From NCBI GenBank assembly GCA_016706845.1, contig JADJIV010000022.1:412-64411 (forward strand): 64,000 nucleotides of DNA. Reading direction: 5' to 3'. Origin of the DNA: a bacterium. Its GTDB lineage: Bacteria > Krumholzibacteriota > Krumholzibacteriia > LZORAL124-64-63. Below, piece after piece: positions 17,083 through 27,059 of the stretch. Position numbers and translations under genes: made by a program. Every line of letters starts with the position of its first letter. Position 1 is the first letter of the stretch. The notes under the pieces are model-generated. The model was given only the letters and a program-made list of their open reading frames with translations, had not been told where the DNA came from and made no database searches.

Positions 17083-19219
17083 AGAGCCATCTCGATAAGA
17101 ACGCGCACCAGCTCACCGATCTCGAGCGCGAGGAACTGTGGCGGCGGATCGCCGACGCCGCCCCCTCCCAGCGCCGACGCCGCCCCCTGCTGTTGCCGGC
17201 GACCGGAGCGGTGGGGACCCTGGCCGTCGCGGCGCTGGTGCTGCTCGTGGTGCGGAACGATCCGCCGGCGCCGATGAGAAGCTACACCCCGGACGCGACG
17301 ACGCCGGTCGTGCGGGAGGTCGTGCCGACGCCCGCCCACCGCGAGATCGCGGCGGTCCCCGCGCCGGCGACTGGCGATGCTCACACGAACGAGCGCAAGC
17401 CGGCGGACGCGGCTTCCGTGCTCCCCGCGAGCCGCGACAAGGACACTTCCGGGAAGGTCGCCGCGGCGACCGGCCCGTCCGCGCCCTCCGGAGCCGTCGA
17501 TGTCCTGCAAGTCGGCGACGAAGCGCCGCCGGCCAACGAGCTGGTCGTACACGGACGGGAGATCGTGGTCGAAGCGGAGCCCTACAATTTCGAGGTCCGG
17601 GAACGCCGCATCGACGCAGTCCTTCTCGGGCGGCACGCTCCACGACTACGCCATCGACTCGGTGGAGCAGGCCCGCGGCGGCCGCTCCGGCGACCCCAGG
17701 ATGCGCATCGCTCCACAGGTCGAGGCCGCCCGCTCCGGCTCGGTCACCGGCGGCACCACCCCTCCCAACGGCGAGTCCTACGAGCTGATGTACTTCGAGC
17801 ACGCGGGCGTGAACCCCTTCATCGCGGTGGAGGACGACCGGCTGTCGACCTTCGCGGTGGACGTGGACGAGGCGTCGTGGACCGTCACGCGCAACTACCT
17901 GTCCCGCAATCAGTTGCCGCCCGCGGCGGCGGTGCGGGTCGAGGAGTTCGTCAACGCCTTCGACGCCGGTTTCGCGCCTCAGCGCGACGACGTCTTCGCG
18001 ATCCACGCCGACGGCTCGCCGGCCCCGTTCCGCGACGGCTACCACCTGCTGCGGCTGACCGTGCAGGGCCGCGACGTGAGCCCGCAGCGGCGGCGCCCCT
18101 CGCAGCTGGTGTTCGTGATCGACGTGTCCGGCTCGATGGACCAGGAGAACCGCCTGGAGCTGGTGAAGCGCTCCCTGCGCATCCTCGTGGACGAACTGGG
18201 CGAGGGCGACCGGGTGGGCATCGTGGTCTACGGTTCGGACGCGCGCACGGTCCTCGAACCGGTGGACGCGTCGCGCCGCGGCACGATCCTCGACGCCGTC
18301 GAGCGCCTGCGGCCCGAGGGCAGCACCAACGCGGCCGCCGGCCTCGACGCAGGCCTACGACATGGCGCGCCGCCACTACGACGACCGCGCCAACAACCGG
18401 CTGATCCTCTGCTCGGACGGCGTGGCCAACGTGGGGCAGACCGCGGCCGACGACATCCTGGCGCGCGTGCGCCGCGAGTCCGACCGCGGCATCTACCTGT
18501 CGACGGTGGGCTTCGGCATGGGCAACTACAACGACGTGCTGATGGAGCGGCTGGCCGACACCGGCGACGGCAACTACGCCTACGTGGACCGCCTCGAGGA
18601 GGCCGAGCGCGTCTTCCGCGAGAACCTGACCGCCACCCTGCAGGTCATCGCGCGCGACGCGAAGATCCAGGTGGAGTTCGACCCCGCGACGGTCGACCGC
18701 TACCGCCTGCTGGGCTACGAGAACCGCGACGTCGCCGACCGCGACTTTCGCAACGACGACGTGGACGCGGGCGAAGTCGGCGCCGGCCACACCGTGACCG
18801 CGCTCTACGAGCTGAAGCTCGTGCGCGACGACGACCGGCCCGACCCGCTGGCGCGGCGCCGCGCCCCCCGCCTCGCGACGGTGCGCGTCCGCTACGAGGA
18901 GCCCGACGGCCGCGACCGCGGCGAGGTCCGCGAGATCGAGCAGCGGGTCGGCCTGGAAGACCTCTCGCGGAGCTTCGCCGCCGCGCCGGAGCGGTTCCGC
19001 CTGCAGGCCGCCGTGGCGGAGTTCGCCGAGATCCTGCGGCACAGCTTCTGGGCGAAGGAGCACCGCGTCGCCGACCTGGTCCCCCTGGCCGACGACCTGG
19101 CCCGGGACCTGCGCGGCGACGAGCGCGTGCGCGACTTCCGCGACGCCGTGCGGCGGGCCGCGGCCCTGGAAGGGGACGGCGCAAGGGACGACGATCAGCC
19201 CCGCGACCGTCGCGAGTGA
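17079..19219 (+). pseudogene. Anti-sigma-like N-terminus + transmembrane helix + YfbK-like von Willebrand factor A (vWA) protein. Two frameshifts as assembled.
   Basis: ATG 17079 overlaps the sigma factor stop (ATGA). Frame 1: MKSHLDKNAHQLTDLEREELWRRI...LLLPATGAVGTLAVAALVLLVV (TM). Frame 2, from about 17600: ...ELMYFEHAGVNPFIAVEDDRLSTFAVDVDEASW...LVFVIDVSGSMDQENRLELVKRSL...EGSTNAAAGL. Frame 3, from about 18348: QAYDMARRHYDDRANNRLILCSDGVANVG...YLSTVGFGMGNYNDVLME...RLLGYENR. This is the YfbK-type architecture. Confidence 0.75.
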
Positions 19220-19242
19220 CCCCCTCGTCTCCCTCAAAACGA

Positions 19243-19280
19243 GCGGCCCCTGCTCCGGCGAGCAGGGGCCGCTTCGATAT
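19243..19280. terminator. Bidirectional hairpin terminator between convergent vWA and pepD genes
   Basis: Perfect 12-bp stem GCGGCCCCTGCT-ccggcg-AGCAGGGGCCGC (19243-19272) followed by TTCGATATCTTC. Confidence 0.7.
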
Positions 19281-19298
19281 CTTCGAGAGCTGCCAAGG

Positions 19299-20753
19299 TT
19301 AGAGTTCGCTCATCACCCCGGTGAACAGCTGCCAGACCTTCGCGACCGAGGCCACGCTCACCTTCTCGTCGGGCGAGTGGGCGCCGTGGATGTCCGGCCC
19401 GAAGGAGACGATGTCCAGGTCCGGGTACTTCTCGGTCAGCAGGCCGCACTCGAGCCCGGCGTGGATCGCCTTGAGCTCCGGCACGACCCCGAAGATCCGC
19501 TCGTAGGAGCGCGCCGTGGCCTGCACCAGGGGCGAGGTCGGGTTCGGCTGCCAGCCGGGGTAGCCCTCGGGCTGCTCGATCGCGGCGCGGTCGTCCAGCA
19601 GGCCGACCAGGGACCGGTGCCGCTGCACGAGGCCGTCCAGGGCCGACATGTTCGAGGAGCGGCTGCAGCAGACGATCTCCACCGTGCCGCCCTTGGTCCT
19701 CACGACGCCCACGTTGGAGCTGGTCTCGACCAGGCCGGGGATCGCGCGGCTCATGGCCAGCACGCCGTTGGGCAGGGCTTCGAGCAGGCGCAGGACGCGC
19801 AGGGTGCAGTTGCCGCCCAGGTTGTGGTCCACCTTGCACTTGGCGACCTTCACGGCCGCCTGGTCGTCGATGCCGGCGAGCTCCTCGGCCACGATGCGCG
19901 CCGCCGCCTTGTCGATGAGCTTCTTGAAGGCGCCGGTCTGCGCCTCGGGCACCGCCACGCGGGCGGTGGCCTCGCGCGGGATGGCGTTGCGCATGCTGCC
20001 GCCCTCGATGTCCACGAGCTTGAAGGGCACCGTCTCGCGCGCGGCCAGCAGCAGGCGCGCGAGGATCACGATCGCGTTGCCGCGGTTCTTGTCGATGTCC
20101 AGGCCGGAGTGACCGCCCTTGAGACCGGAAACCGACACCTTGTACCCGACGAGCCCCTTGCCCAGGGCGCTCTTCTTGTTCTTCACGGTGATGACCGAGT
20201 CGCGGCCGCCGGCGCAGCCGATGAACAGGGAGCGGTCCTCCTCCGAATCGAGGTTGATCATGCGGCGGGCGCTGAAGAAGCCGGGCTCGACGCCGGCCGC
20301 GCCGGTCAGGCCGCGCTCCTCGTCGACGGTCAGCAGCACCTCCACCGGCGGGTGCGACAGGCCCTTCTCCTCGGCCAGGGCCAGACCCATGGCCACGCCG
20401 ATGCCGTTGTCCGCGCCCAGGGTCGTGCCGTCGGCCGTGACCCAGCCGTCCTGGACCAGCAGCTTGATCGGGTCCTTGGTGAAGTCGTGCTTCGTGGCGC
20501 CGTTCTTCTCGCAGACCATGTCGACGTGGCCCTGCACGAGCACCGGCGCCGCCTTCTCGCGGCCGTGCGTGGCCGGGATGCGCACCAGGAGGTTGCCCAC
20601 CTTGTCCTGGCTCCACTTCAGGCCGCGGGCGTCGGCCCAGGCCTTGAGCATGTCCAGGACCGCGGTCTCGTTGCCGGAGCCGCGGGGGATGCGGGACAGT
20701 TCGGCAAAGATGCTCCAGACGGACCTGGGCTGCAGGCTCTCGTACGTGTTCAC
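19299..20753 (-). CDS. pepD: Aminoacyl-histidine dipeptidase (Xaa-His dipeptidase, M20C)
   Basis: 484-aa ORF. MNTYESLQPRSVWSIFAELSRIPRGSGNE...VLVQGHVDMVCEKN...LGADNGIGVAMGLAL...LLTVDEERGLTGA. Confidence 0.9.
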   Translation of the reverse strand: MNTYESLQPRSVWSIFAELSRIPRGSGNETAVLDMLKAWADARGLKWSQDKVGNLLVRIPATHGREKAAPVLVQGHVDMVCEKNGATKHDFTKDPIKLLVQDGWVTADGTTLGADNGIGVAMGLALAEEKGLSHPPVEVLLTVDEERGLTGAAGVEPGFFSARRMINLDSEEDRSLFIGCAGGRDSVITVKNKKSALGKGLVGYKVSVSGLKGGHSGLDIDKNRGNAIVILARLLLAARETVPFKLVDIEGGSMRNAIPREATARVAVPEAQTGAFKKLIDKAAARIVAEELAGIDDQAAVKVAKCKVDHNLGGNCTLRVLRLLEALPNGVLAMSRAIPGLVETSSNVGVVRTKGGTVEIVCCSRSSNMSALDGLVQRHRSLVGLLDDRAAIEQPEGYPGWQPNPTSPLVQATARSYERIFGVVPELKAIHAGLECGLLTEKYPDLDIVSFGPDIHGAHSPDEKVSVASVAKVWQLFTGVMSEL

Positions 20754-20828
20754 GATTCGCTCCCTGGTTGTGCGGTCGGGGGTGGCGGCGGGCGGCGTCG
20801 ACGCCGCCCGCCTCGTATCGATTGCGGA

Positions 20829-21482
20829 TCAGCCCTGGTCGGTGGCGCGCTGGCGGAATTCCTCGTTGACCTGGACGTTCAACTCCACGCGGCGGTTCTG
20901 AGCCCGTCCGGACTCGGAGCCGTTGTCGGCGACCGGAGCGGTCTCGCCGTAGCCGCGGGCGGTGATGCGGCTCGAGGCCACGCCGGCGCCCATCAGGAAA
21001 CCGCGGACCGCGGAAGCGCGGCGTTCGCTGAGCGACTGGTTGTAGTCGTCGGAGCCCGTGCTGTCGGTGTGGCCGAGCACCAGGATGTCGGTGTCCGGGT
21101 AGCGCGAGAGCACGTCGGCGACTTCGGTCAACTGGTCCTGGGACGCGGTCTTCAGGGCCGAAGAGTCGTAGTCGAACAGGATCGCGTTGTCGAAGGTGAC
21201 CCTCAGCTCGTCGCCCTGGCGCTGCACCTCGGCGCCCTCGATCTCCTCCATCTCGCGCGCCTGCTTGTCGAGGTAGGAGCCGATGAGGCCGCCCACGACG
21301 GCGCCCGCCGCGCCGCCGATCACGGCGCCCTTGGTGTTGTCCTTGCCGATCAGCACGCCGGCGCCGGCGCCCGCCGCGCCGCCGATCACGGCGCCCTTCT
21401 GGGTGCGGCTCATGCCGCAGCCGCCCAGGACCATGGCCAGGACCGCCGTCGCCAGCAACACGAACATCATCTTCTTAGGCAT
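20829..21482 (-). CDS. OmpA-family lipoprotein with an N-terminal glycine-zipper segment
   Basis: ATG 21482 within ORF 20829..21536. MPKKMMFVLLATAVLAMVLGGCG lipobox. GAVIGGAAGAGAGVLIG...GAVIGGAAGAVVGGLIG. OmpA-like domain: VTFDNAILFDYDSSAL...VLGHTDSTGSDDYNQSLSERRA...NRRVEL. AAAGGAGA SD. Confidence 0.85.
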   Translation of the reverse strand: MPKKMMFVLLATAVLAMVLGGCGMSRTQKGAVIGGAAGAGAGVLIGKDNTKGAVIGGAAGAVVGGLIGSYLDKQAREMEEIEGAEVQRQGDELRVTFDNAILFDYDSSALKTASQDQLTEVADVLSRYPDTDILVLGHTDSTGSDDYNQSLSERRASAVRGFLMGAGVASSRITARGYGETAPVADNGSESGRAQNRRVELNVQVNEEFRQRATDQG

Positions 21483-21605
21483 GTCATCTCTCCTTTGACT
21501 TGCCGGGCAGGTCCGCGCGCAGGGGCGAGGCCGCAACCTCCCAGTTACCCTTGAGCGCAGCTCCCCGGACGGGGAACACGAGGTGCGAATACTTGCCGTA
21601 ATGGC

Positions 21606-23594
21606 TCAGTCGTCCGGCCAGCGCCGCCAGGCGATCGCCCGAGCGGCAGAAGACCAGCAGGTCGGCGGCTCCCGGTCGGCCGGGGCCGGCACGGCCAGGA
21701 CCGCGTCGTTGGTCGCGAGATCGAGGCGCTGCCCGTTCAGGAACAGCAGCCCGCCCGCGAGTTGCGCCGCCGGCGGCAGCAGCGGCTGCGCCGTGGCGAG
21801 GTCCGGGTTCACCAGGATCCGGCTGTGACCCTCGGGGTCCGCGGCGGCGTCCACGATGACGGCCTCGCCCGCTTCGACCCAATCCGCGGCGAACGCGGCC
21901 GCCGCTTCGGCCAGCGGACCGGCCGGCAGGACGAAGCGGGGCGCGGGGTCGCCGAGGATCTGGCTGAGGGTCGGTTCGATCTCCTCGGGATGCAAACGCC
22001 TGAACACATGATAATCGGGGTCCACCTGGACCGCCGTCGCGCCGGGCGCCGTCCAGGTCACCACGGCGCGCGGGCCGTCCATCTCGACCACCGTGGCGAC
22101 GGGGCCCGCCGGGGTCACGGCCGTGACGGGCACCCGCAGCGGCCAGGCGGTTCCGTCCGGCGCCGCATCCTGGGTCAGCGTCACCGTGACGCGGTCGCCG
22201 TCGCGGGCGGCTGCTTCCAGGCGCAGCAGCGGCGCGCCGGGGCGGCCCAGCCAGGATTCGCCGAAGGCCGTCAGGTCGCGGGCGCCGTGCGACGCGAAGG
22301 CCGCCAGGAAGTCGTCCCAGGACGCCTCGCGGAACAGGTGCGTGCGGGCGACCTCGCGCAGCGCGGCCAGGAAGGCGTCGCGGCCGATCGCCTCGTCGAT
22401 CATGTGGAAGACCATCATCGACTTGCCGTAGCCCACGGCCCGCGTGGCGCCGCTGTGGCGCTCGCGGAAGTCCCGCAGCGGCAGGTCGCGCCCGTCGCGG
22501 ACGTAGGCGGCGTAGTCCTTCAGCAGCGTGCGGCGGTACTCGCGCGCCGCCGCGGGCGACTCCAGCTCCTTGTAGTGGTAGTCGGCGCAGTAGACGGTCA
22601 GCCCCTCGCACCAGTTGCCGCGCGCGGCGTCGACGAAGACCGAGTTGCCCCACCAGTTGTGGGCGATCTCGTGGCCGAAGCTCGTGGTGGGGATGAACGG
22701 CAGGCGCAGCACCTGGCCGCCGAGCAGGGTCCAGCCGGGCATGCCGTAGCCGGTGGGGAACCAGTTCTCGACCGTGGTGAAGCGGGTGAACGGGTACGGG
22801 CCGATCATCGCGCGGTACATCTCGAGGTAGGCGCCGGTGCGCTCCAGGTAGGTCTCGACCAGCGCCGGTTCGTCCGCGAGGAAGTAGGTGGCGCCCAGGA
22901 CGCCGCCGAAGTCGCGCTCGGTCACCAGGTAGCGGTTGGCGATCAGGGTGAGGCCGTCGCTGGGGGCGTCGGACTCCCAGACGGTGGTCAGCAGGCCGTC
23001 CTTCTCCTGACGCTGCGTGCGCTCGCCCTGGGTCAGCGGCTCCCAGCCCGCCGGCGTGACGACCTTCAGGCGGTAGGTGTGCAGCGCCTTGTCGGCCAGC
23101 GGCAGCCAGTAGCTGGACGCGGCCAGGTAGATGCCCTCGTCGGCGATCGTGGCCTGGATCTCGCGGCCGACGTTCTCGCGGGAGAAGGCGACGTCGGCGG
23201 TGGACTCGGCCCAGCGGGCGGCGTACACGAGCGTCAGCTGCATCTCTTCGCCCGCCGTGAGCGGGTTGCCGCCGGGGTTGACCGGCAGGCGGATGGTCGC
23301 CGTGTCGGGCGGCGCGGTCTCCCCGATGCCGGCGGCGGGCTCCTGCTGCTCGCCCGAGCCGTCGGGATGGCGGCGCGACAGGCTCTGCAGCGCCACGCCC
23401 GCGTTCAGCAGCAGCGTGTCGACGCCGGCGGGCACGGTCAGGTGGTCCGTCACGTCGACGCGGTGGCTCGGCAGGTCGAAGCGCACCAGCACGTCGTGGC
23501 GGATGACCGGCAGGTCGCCTGCCGCAGCGGCGGCCGCGGCCAGCAGGCTCACGCCGAGGATCGTCGCTCTGCGGATCATGGTCCTCCCCGTCAT
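21606..23594 (-). CDS. M1 family aminopeptidase (secreted)
   Basis: 662-aa ORF. FGHEIAHNWWGNSV (HExxH) plus NWCEGLTVY (downstream Glu). Signal peptide MIRRATILGVSLLAAAAAAAG. Confidence 0.88.
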   Translation of the reverse strand: MTGRTMIRRATILGVSLLAAAAAAAGDLPVIRHDVLVRFDLPSHRVDVTDHLTVPAGVDTLLLNAGVALQSLSRRHPDGSGEQQEPAAGIGETAPPDTATIRLPVNPGGNPLTAGEEMQLTLVYAARWAESTADVAFSRENVGREIQATIADEGIYLAASSYWLPLADKALHTYRLKVVTPAGWEPLTQGERTQRQEKDGLLTTVWESDAPSDGLTLIANRYLVTERDFGGVLGATYFLADEPALVETYLERTGAYLEMYRAMIGPYPFTRFTTVENWFPTGYGMPGWTLLGGQVLRLPFIPTTSFGHEIAHNWWGNSVFVDAARGNWCEGLTVYCADYHYKELESPAAAREYRRTLLKDYAAYVRDGRDLPLRDFRERHSGATRAVGYGKSMMVFHMIDEAIGRDAFLAALREVARTHLFREASWDDFLAAFASHGARDLTAFGESWLGRPGAPLLRLEAAARDGDRVTVTLTQDAAPDGTAWPLRVPVTAVTPAGPVATVVEMDGPRAVVTWTAPGATAVQVDPDYHVFRRLHPEEIEPTLSQILGDPAPRFVLPAGPLAEAAAAFAADWVEAGEAVIVDAAADPEGHSRILVNPDLATAQPLLPPAAQLAGGLLFLNGQRLDLATNDAVLAVPAPADREPPTCWSSAARAIAWRRWPDD

Positions 23595-23598
23595 CGGA

Positions 23599-26208
23599 TC
23601 AGTTCGCGACCGCGGTCACCAGCGGCCGGTTCTTCAGGTACTTCCCGCCGACGCGCACGAGGTCGTCCAGCGTGACGCTGTCGTGTTCCGCGAGCGACGT
23701 CAGGTAGCCCTCGACACGGCCGTCGAGCTCCGCCGTCGCCAGGTAGTAGGCCTGGCTGATGCTCGCCAGGCGCCTCATCATCAGGCGGCCGGAGCGCGCG
23801 CCGCGGGTCTTGTCCAGTTCCGCCTGCGTGACCGTTGCGGCGTCGAAGCCGCGCACCGCCTCCAGCAGGGCCTGCTCGCCCTCGTCCAGACGCGCCGCCG
23901 GCGGATTGAGCCAGGCCTCCAGGGCCGCCTCGGCGCCGTGGATCTCCACGCCGGCTCCGGTGCTGTAGCTCAGGCCGCGCGTCTCGCGCAGGTCCATCGC
24001 GATGCGGTCCGACAGCACGTCCACCAGCATCTGCAGGGCCGGGGCGTCGGCGGGATCGACGGCGAACAGCGAGCCCGTGCGGATGGCGGCCATGGGTCCG
24101 CCGGCCGTCGCGGTCACGCGGGCGTCCTGCGCCGTGACCGGCAGGGCCGGCGGGGCGGGGCTCGGCCCGCCGCGGGCGGGCAGGTGCGCCTCCACCAGCG
24201 CGGCGACCTGCGCGTGGGGCAGCGGCGACACCACGGTCACCACCAGGTTCGCCGGCGCGAAGGCGCGGCGGTGGAGGTCCTTCAGCGTGGCGAGGTCGAG
24301 GCCGTCCAGGGAGCCGGGCACGCCTTCGGGCGCGCGGGACAGCGGGTGGTTCCCGTAGAGGGCGTCGGCGAACAGCCGGCGCGCGCGCTGGCCGGCGCTG
24401 CCCGCCTGGCGCTGCAGGATCTCCTGCTGGGCCGCCTGCTCGGCCGCGACGTCGGCCGCCGAGAAGGCCGGTTCGCGCAGCAGGCCGAGCAGCAGGGTCA
24501 GGGCTTCGGGCCCGACGTCGGCGCCGGTCTCCAGGCGGACCCAGGAGAAGCGGCCGCCGGTGTAGTAGTCGTCCATCGGGATGTTCGGGTCGTCGACGAG
24601 CTTCAGCTCGGCGCCCAGCGCGCCGAGGCGGTGGGCGAGGCACTCCGCATCGCAGTCCCGCGTGCCCCTGCGCAGCAGCCGGTGCAGGAGGTTCAGGGCG
24701 CCGGGCCGGTCCCCGTCCAGCCCGGCGCGGTTGCGCACCGCGACGTGAGCGGCGAACAGCGGCGAGACGGGATTGCGCAGCGTGACCAGCACCGTCCCGT
24801 TGGCCAGGACCGAACGCTCCAACGCCACGGCCTCCCCGGCCGCTCCGGCGTCGGCCGCCGTCGCGGGCAGCACGTGCACCGCGAGGTGCGGGCGTCCGAC
24901 GAGGTGGCGCTCGAGGGCCCCGACGATCTGGGCCGGCGTGACGGCGGCGAGCCGGTCCAGGTAGCCCAGGAAGTGGTCCGGACCGCCCAGGACCAGGGGT
25001 TCGGCGGCCGTGATCGCCAGCATCCGCAGCTGCTCGCGTTCGAGCAGCGTCGAGGTGGCGCGCCCGCGCACGATCTCGGTGACGTCGCCCGCCGCGAAGC
25101 CCTTCTTCGCGGCCGCGGCCAGGGCTTCCCCGGTCAGCCGGCGGTAGAGGGCCGGGTCGGCGTCGGCCGGCAGGTCCAGGCGCAGCGTGAGGCGCGCGAA
25201 GCCGTCGGCCCGGTCCCACCACGTCGACACGCCGGGGCGGCGGTCCTCGGGCAGCTTCGCGTAGGCCTGCGCCAGCACGCCGGTCGCGGGCGCGTCCAGC
25301 AGACCGGTCAGGGCCTCGAAGGCGAAGTAGTCGTGGGCGCCGTAACCGGGCGCCTCGTAGACCAGCGCCAGCACGTGGGCGTCCCCGGCCCGCCGGGTGA
25401 CCACGCTGCCGTCGCCCACCGGCGGCGCGGCGGCCAGCGGCGGCCGCTGCACGGTGCCGGGCGGCACGGCGCCGAAGTGCTCCTCCAGCAGGGCCAGGAC
25501 GGCGTCGCGGTCGAAGCCGCCGGCCACCGTGGTGATCATGTTGTTGGGCACGTAGTGGTTGTGATAGAAGGCGTCGACGTCGTCGCGGTTCAGGTGCTCG
25601 ATGGTGCTCAGGGTGCCGAGGGTCGGCAGCGCGAGGCTGCTGCCCGCGAAGGCGGCCTCGCGGATGATCCCGCCCGCAGGGTCGTCATCGCGGTCGCGCG
25701 CCTGGACGAGCTCGCCCACGACGATGCCCCGCTCCTTCTCGAACTTGTCGGCCGGCAGCGTGGAGTGGAACAGCATCCCGGCCTGCAGGGCCACGCCCTC
25801 GGCCAGCTGCGCCGACGGGACGATCATGATGAAGTTCGTGAAGAAGTCGCTCGTGTGGGCGTTGTTCCAGGCGCCGACGCGATCGGCGGCGGCGTAGAGC
25901 TCCTCCTGGGTCATCGTCGTGGTGCCGTTGAACAGCAGGTGCTCGAGCATGTGGCTCATGCCGCTGGTGCGGAAGTCCTCGTACGCCGAGCCGACCCGCA
26001 CCTGGGTCAGCACCGCCGCCATGGGCTGCGCCGGGTTGGGCAGCAGCACCACCTGCAAGCCGTTCTCGAGGCGCAGGACCTCGGCGCCGGGCGGCAGGTC
26101 GGGGAAAGCGGGATCGTTGCCGGCGGCGGCGAGCGCCGCCGCGGTCACGATCGCGATCAGCAACGCGCACGCCGCGACGGCGGCCGGGCGCTGGAGGCGT
26201 CGGTACAT
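23599..26208 (-). CDS. M16 (pitrilysin/insulinase) family peptidase, double-length (two M16 halves fused)
   Basis: ATG 26208 within the composite ORF 23599..27732. MYRRLQRPAAVAACALLIAIVTAAALA signal. GMSHMLEHLLFNGT (HxxEH). A second inactive-type half lacks the motif. Confidence 0.88.
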   Translation of the reverse strand: MYRRLQRPAAVAACALLIAIVTAAALAAAGNDPAFPDLPPGAEVLRLENGLQVVLLPNPAQPMAAVLTQVRVGSAYEDFRTSGMSHMLEHLLFNGTTTMTQEELYAAADRVGAWNNAHTSDFFTNFIMIVPSAQLAEGVALQAGMLFHSTLPADKFEKERGIVVGELVQARDRDDDPAGGIIREAAFAGSSLALPTLGTLSTIEHLNRDDVDAFYHNHYVPNNMITTVAGGFDRDAVLALLEEHFGAVPPGTVQRPPLAAAPPVGDGSVVTRRAGDAHVLALVYEAPGYGAHDYFAFEALTGLLDAPATGVLAQAYAKLPEDRRPGVSTWWDRADGFARLTLRLDLPADADPALYRRLTGEALAAAAKKGFAAGDVTEIVRGRATSTLLEREQLRMLAITAAEPLVLGGPDHFLGYLDRLAAVTPAQIVGALERHLVGRPHLAVHVLPATAADAGAAGEAVALERSVLANGTVLVTLRNPVSPLFAAHVAVRNRAGLDGDRPGALNLLHRLLRRGTRDCDAECLAHRLGALGAELKLVDDPNIPMDDYYTGGRFSWVRLETGADVGPEALTLLLGLLREPAFSAADVAAEQAAQQEILQRQAGSAGQRARRLFADALYGNHPLSRAPEGVPGSLDGLDLATLKDLHRRAFAPANLVVTVVSPLPHAQVAALVEAHLPARGGPSPAPPALPVTAQDARVTATAGGPMAAIRTGSLFAVDPADAPALQMLVDVLSDRIAMDLRETRGLSYSTGAGVEIHGAEAALEAWLNPPAARLDEGEQALLEAVRGFDAATVTQAELDKTRGARSGRLMMRRLASISQAYYLATAELDGRVEGYLTSLAEHDSVTLDDLVRVGGKYLKNRPLVTAVAN

Positions 26209-26231
26209 GTTCGTCTCCCGTGCTAAGGACT

Positions 26232-26990
26232 TCAGAGGGCGCCGCGCACGATCGCCAGGAAATCGTCGGCCTTCAGGCTGGCGCCGCCGATCAGGCCACC
26301 GTCGATGTCGGGCTGTCGCATCAGTTCGACCGCGTTGTCGGGCTTCATGCTGCCGCCGTAGAGGATCCGCATCCGGGCGGCCGCGTCGTTGCCCAGCAGC
26401 TCGGCCACGATGCCGCGCGAGAAGGCGTGGATCTCCTGGGCCTGCTGCGGGGTCGCCGTCTCGCCGGTGCCGATGGCCCAGACGGGCTCGTAGGCGAGCA
26501 CCAGGTTCACGGGCGTGGGCGCCGCGAGGCGCGGCAGCACGCCCGCGAGCTGGGCGCGGACCACGTCGCGCTCGCGGCCGACGCGGCGCTCCTCGATGCG
26601 CTCGCCGTAGCAGAAGATGGCCGTGAGGCCGGCCGCGTGGGCGCGGTCGATCTTGTGCACGAACTCGTCGTCGGTCTCGTGCTGGCGGGTCCGCCGCTCG
26701 GAGTGGGCGACGATGACGTGGGTGGCGCCGGCCTCGGCCAGCATCGGGGCGGCGACCTCGCCGGTGTGGGCGCCCGCGTCCTGCTCGGCGCAGTTCTGGG
26801 CGCCGAGCAGCACGGCGCCGCCCTTCAGGACGGCGGCCACGGCGGGGATCGAGACGAAGGGCGGGCAGACCAGCACCTCGGGCGGCCCGTCCAGGCCGGG
26901 CACGCCGAGGGCCACCTGGCGCGCCAGCTTCGTCGCGGCGGCGGGTCCGAGGTTCATCTTCCAGTTGCCGGCGACGAGCTTGCGGCGCAT
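26232..26990 (-). CDS. tpiA: Triosephosphate isomerase
   Basis: 252-aa ORF. MRRKLVAGNWKMN...VAHSERR...LAYEPVWAIGTG...ILYGGS. Confidence 0.93.
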   Translation of the reverse strand: MRRKLVAGNWKMNLGPAAATKLARQVALGVPGLDGPPEVLVCPPFVSIPAVAAVLKGGAVLLGAQNCAEQDAGAHTGEVAAPMLAEAGATHVIVAHSERRTRQHETDDEFVHKIDRAHAAGLTAIFCYGERIEERRVGRERDVVRAQLAGVLPRLAAPTPVNLVLAYEPVWAIGTGETATPQQAQEIHAFSRGIVAELLGNDAAARMRILYGGSMKPDNAVELMRQPDIDGGLIGGASLKADDFLAIVRGAL

Positions 26991-27059
26991 GCGGTCCTCC
27001 AGATCGGGTCGCCGCGGGCGACCCGGTTCGCGGTTCGGGCTTCGGGTTGTGGCCGCCGG

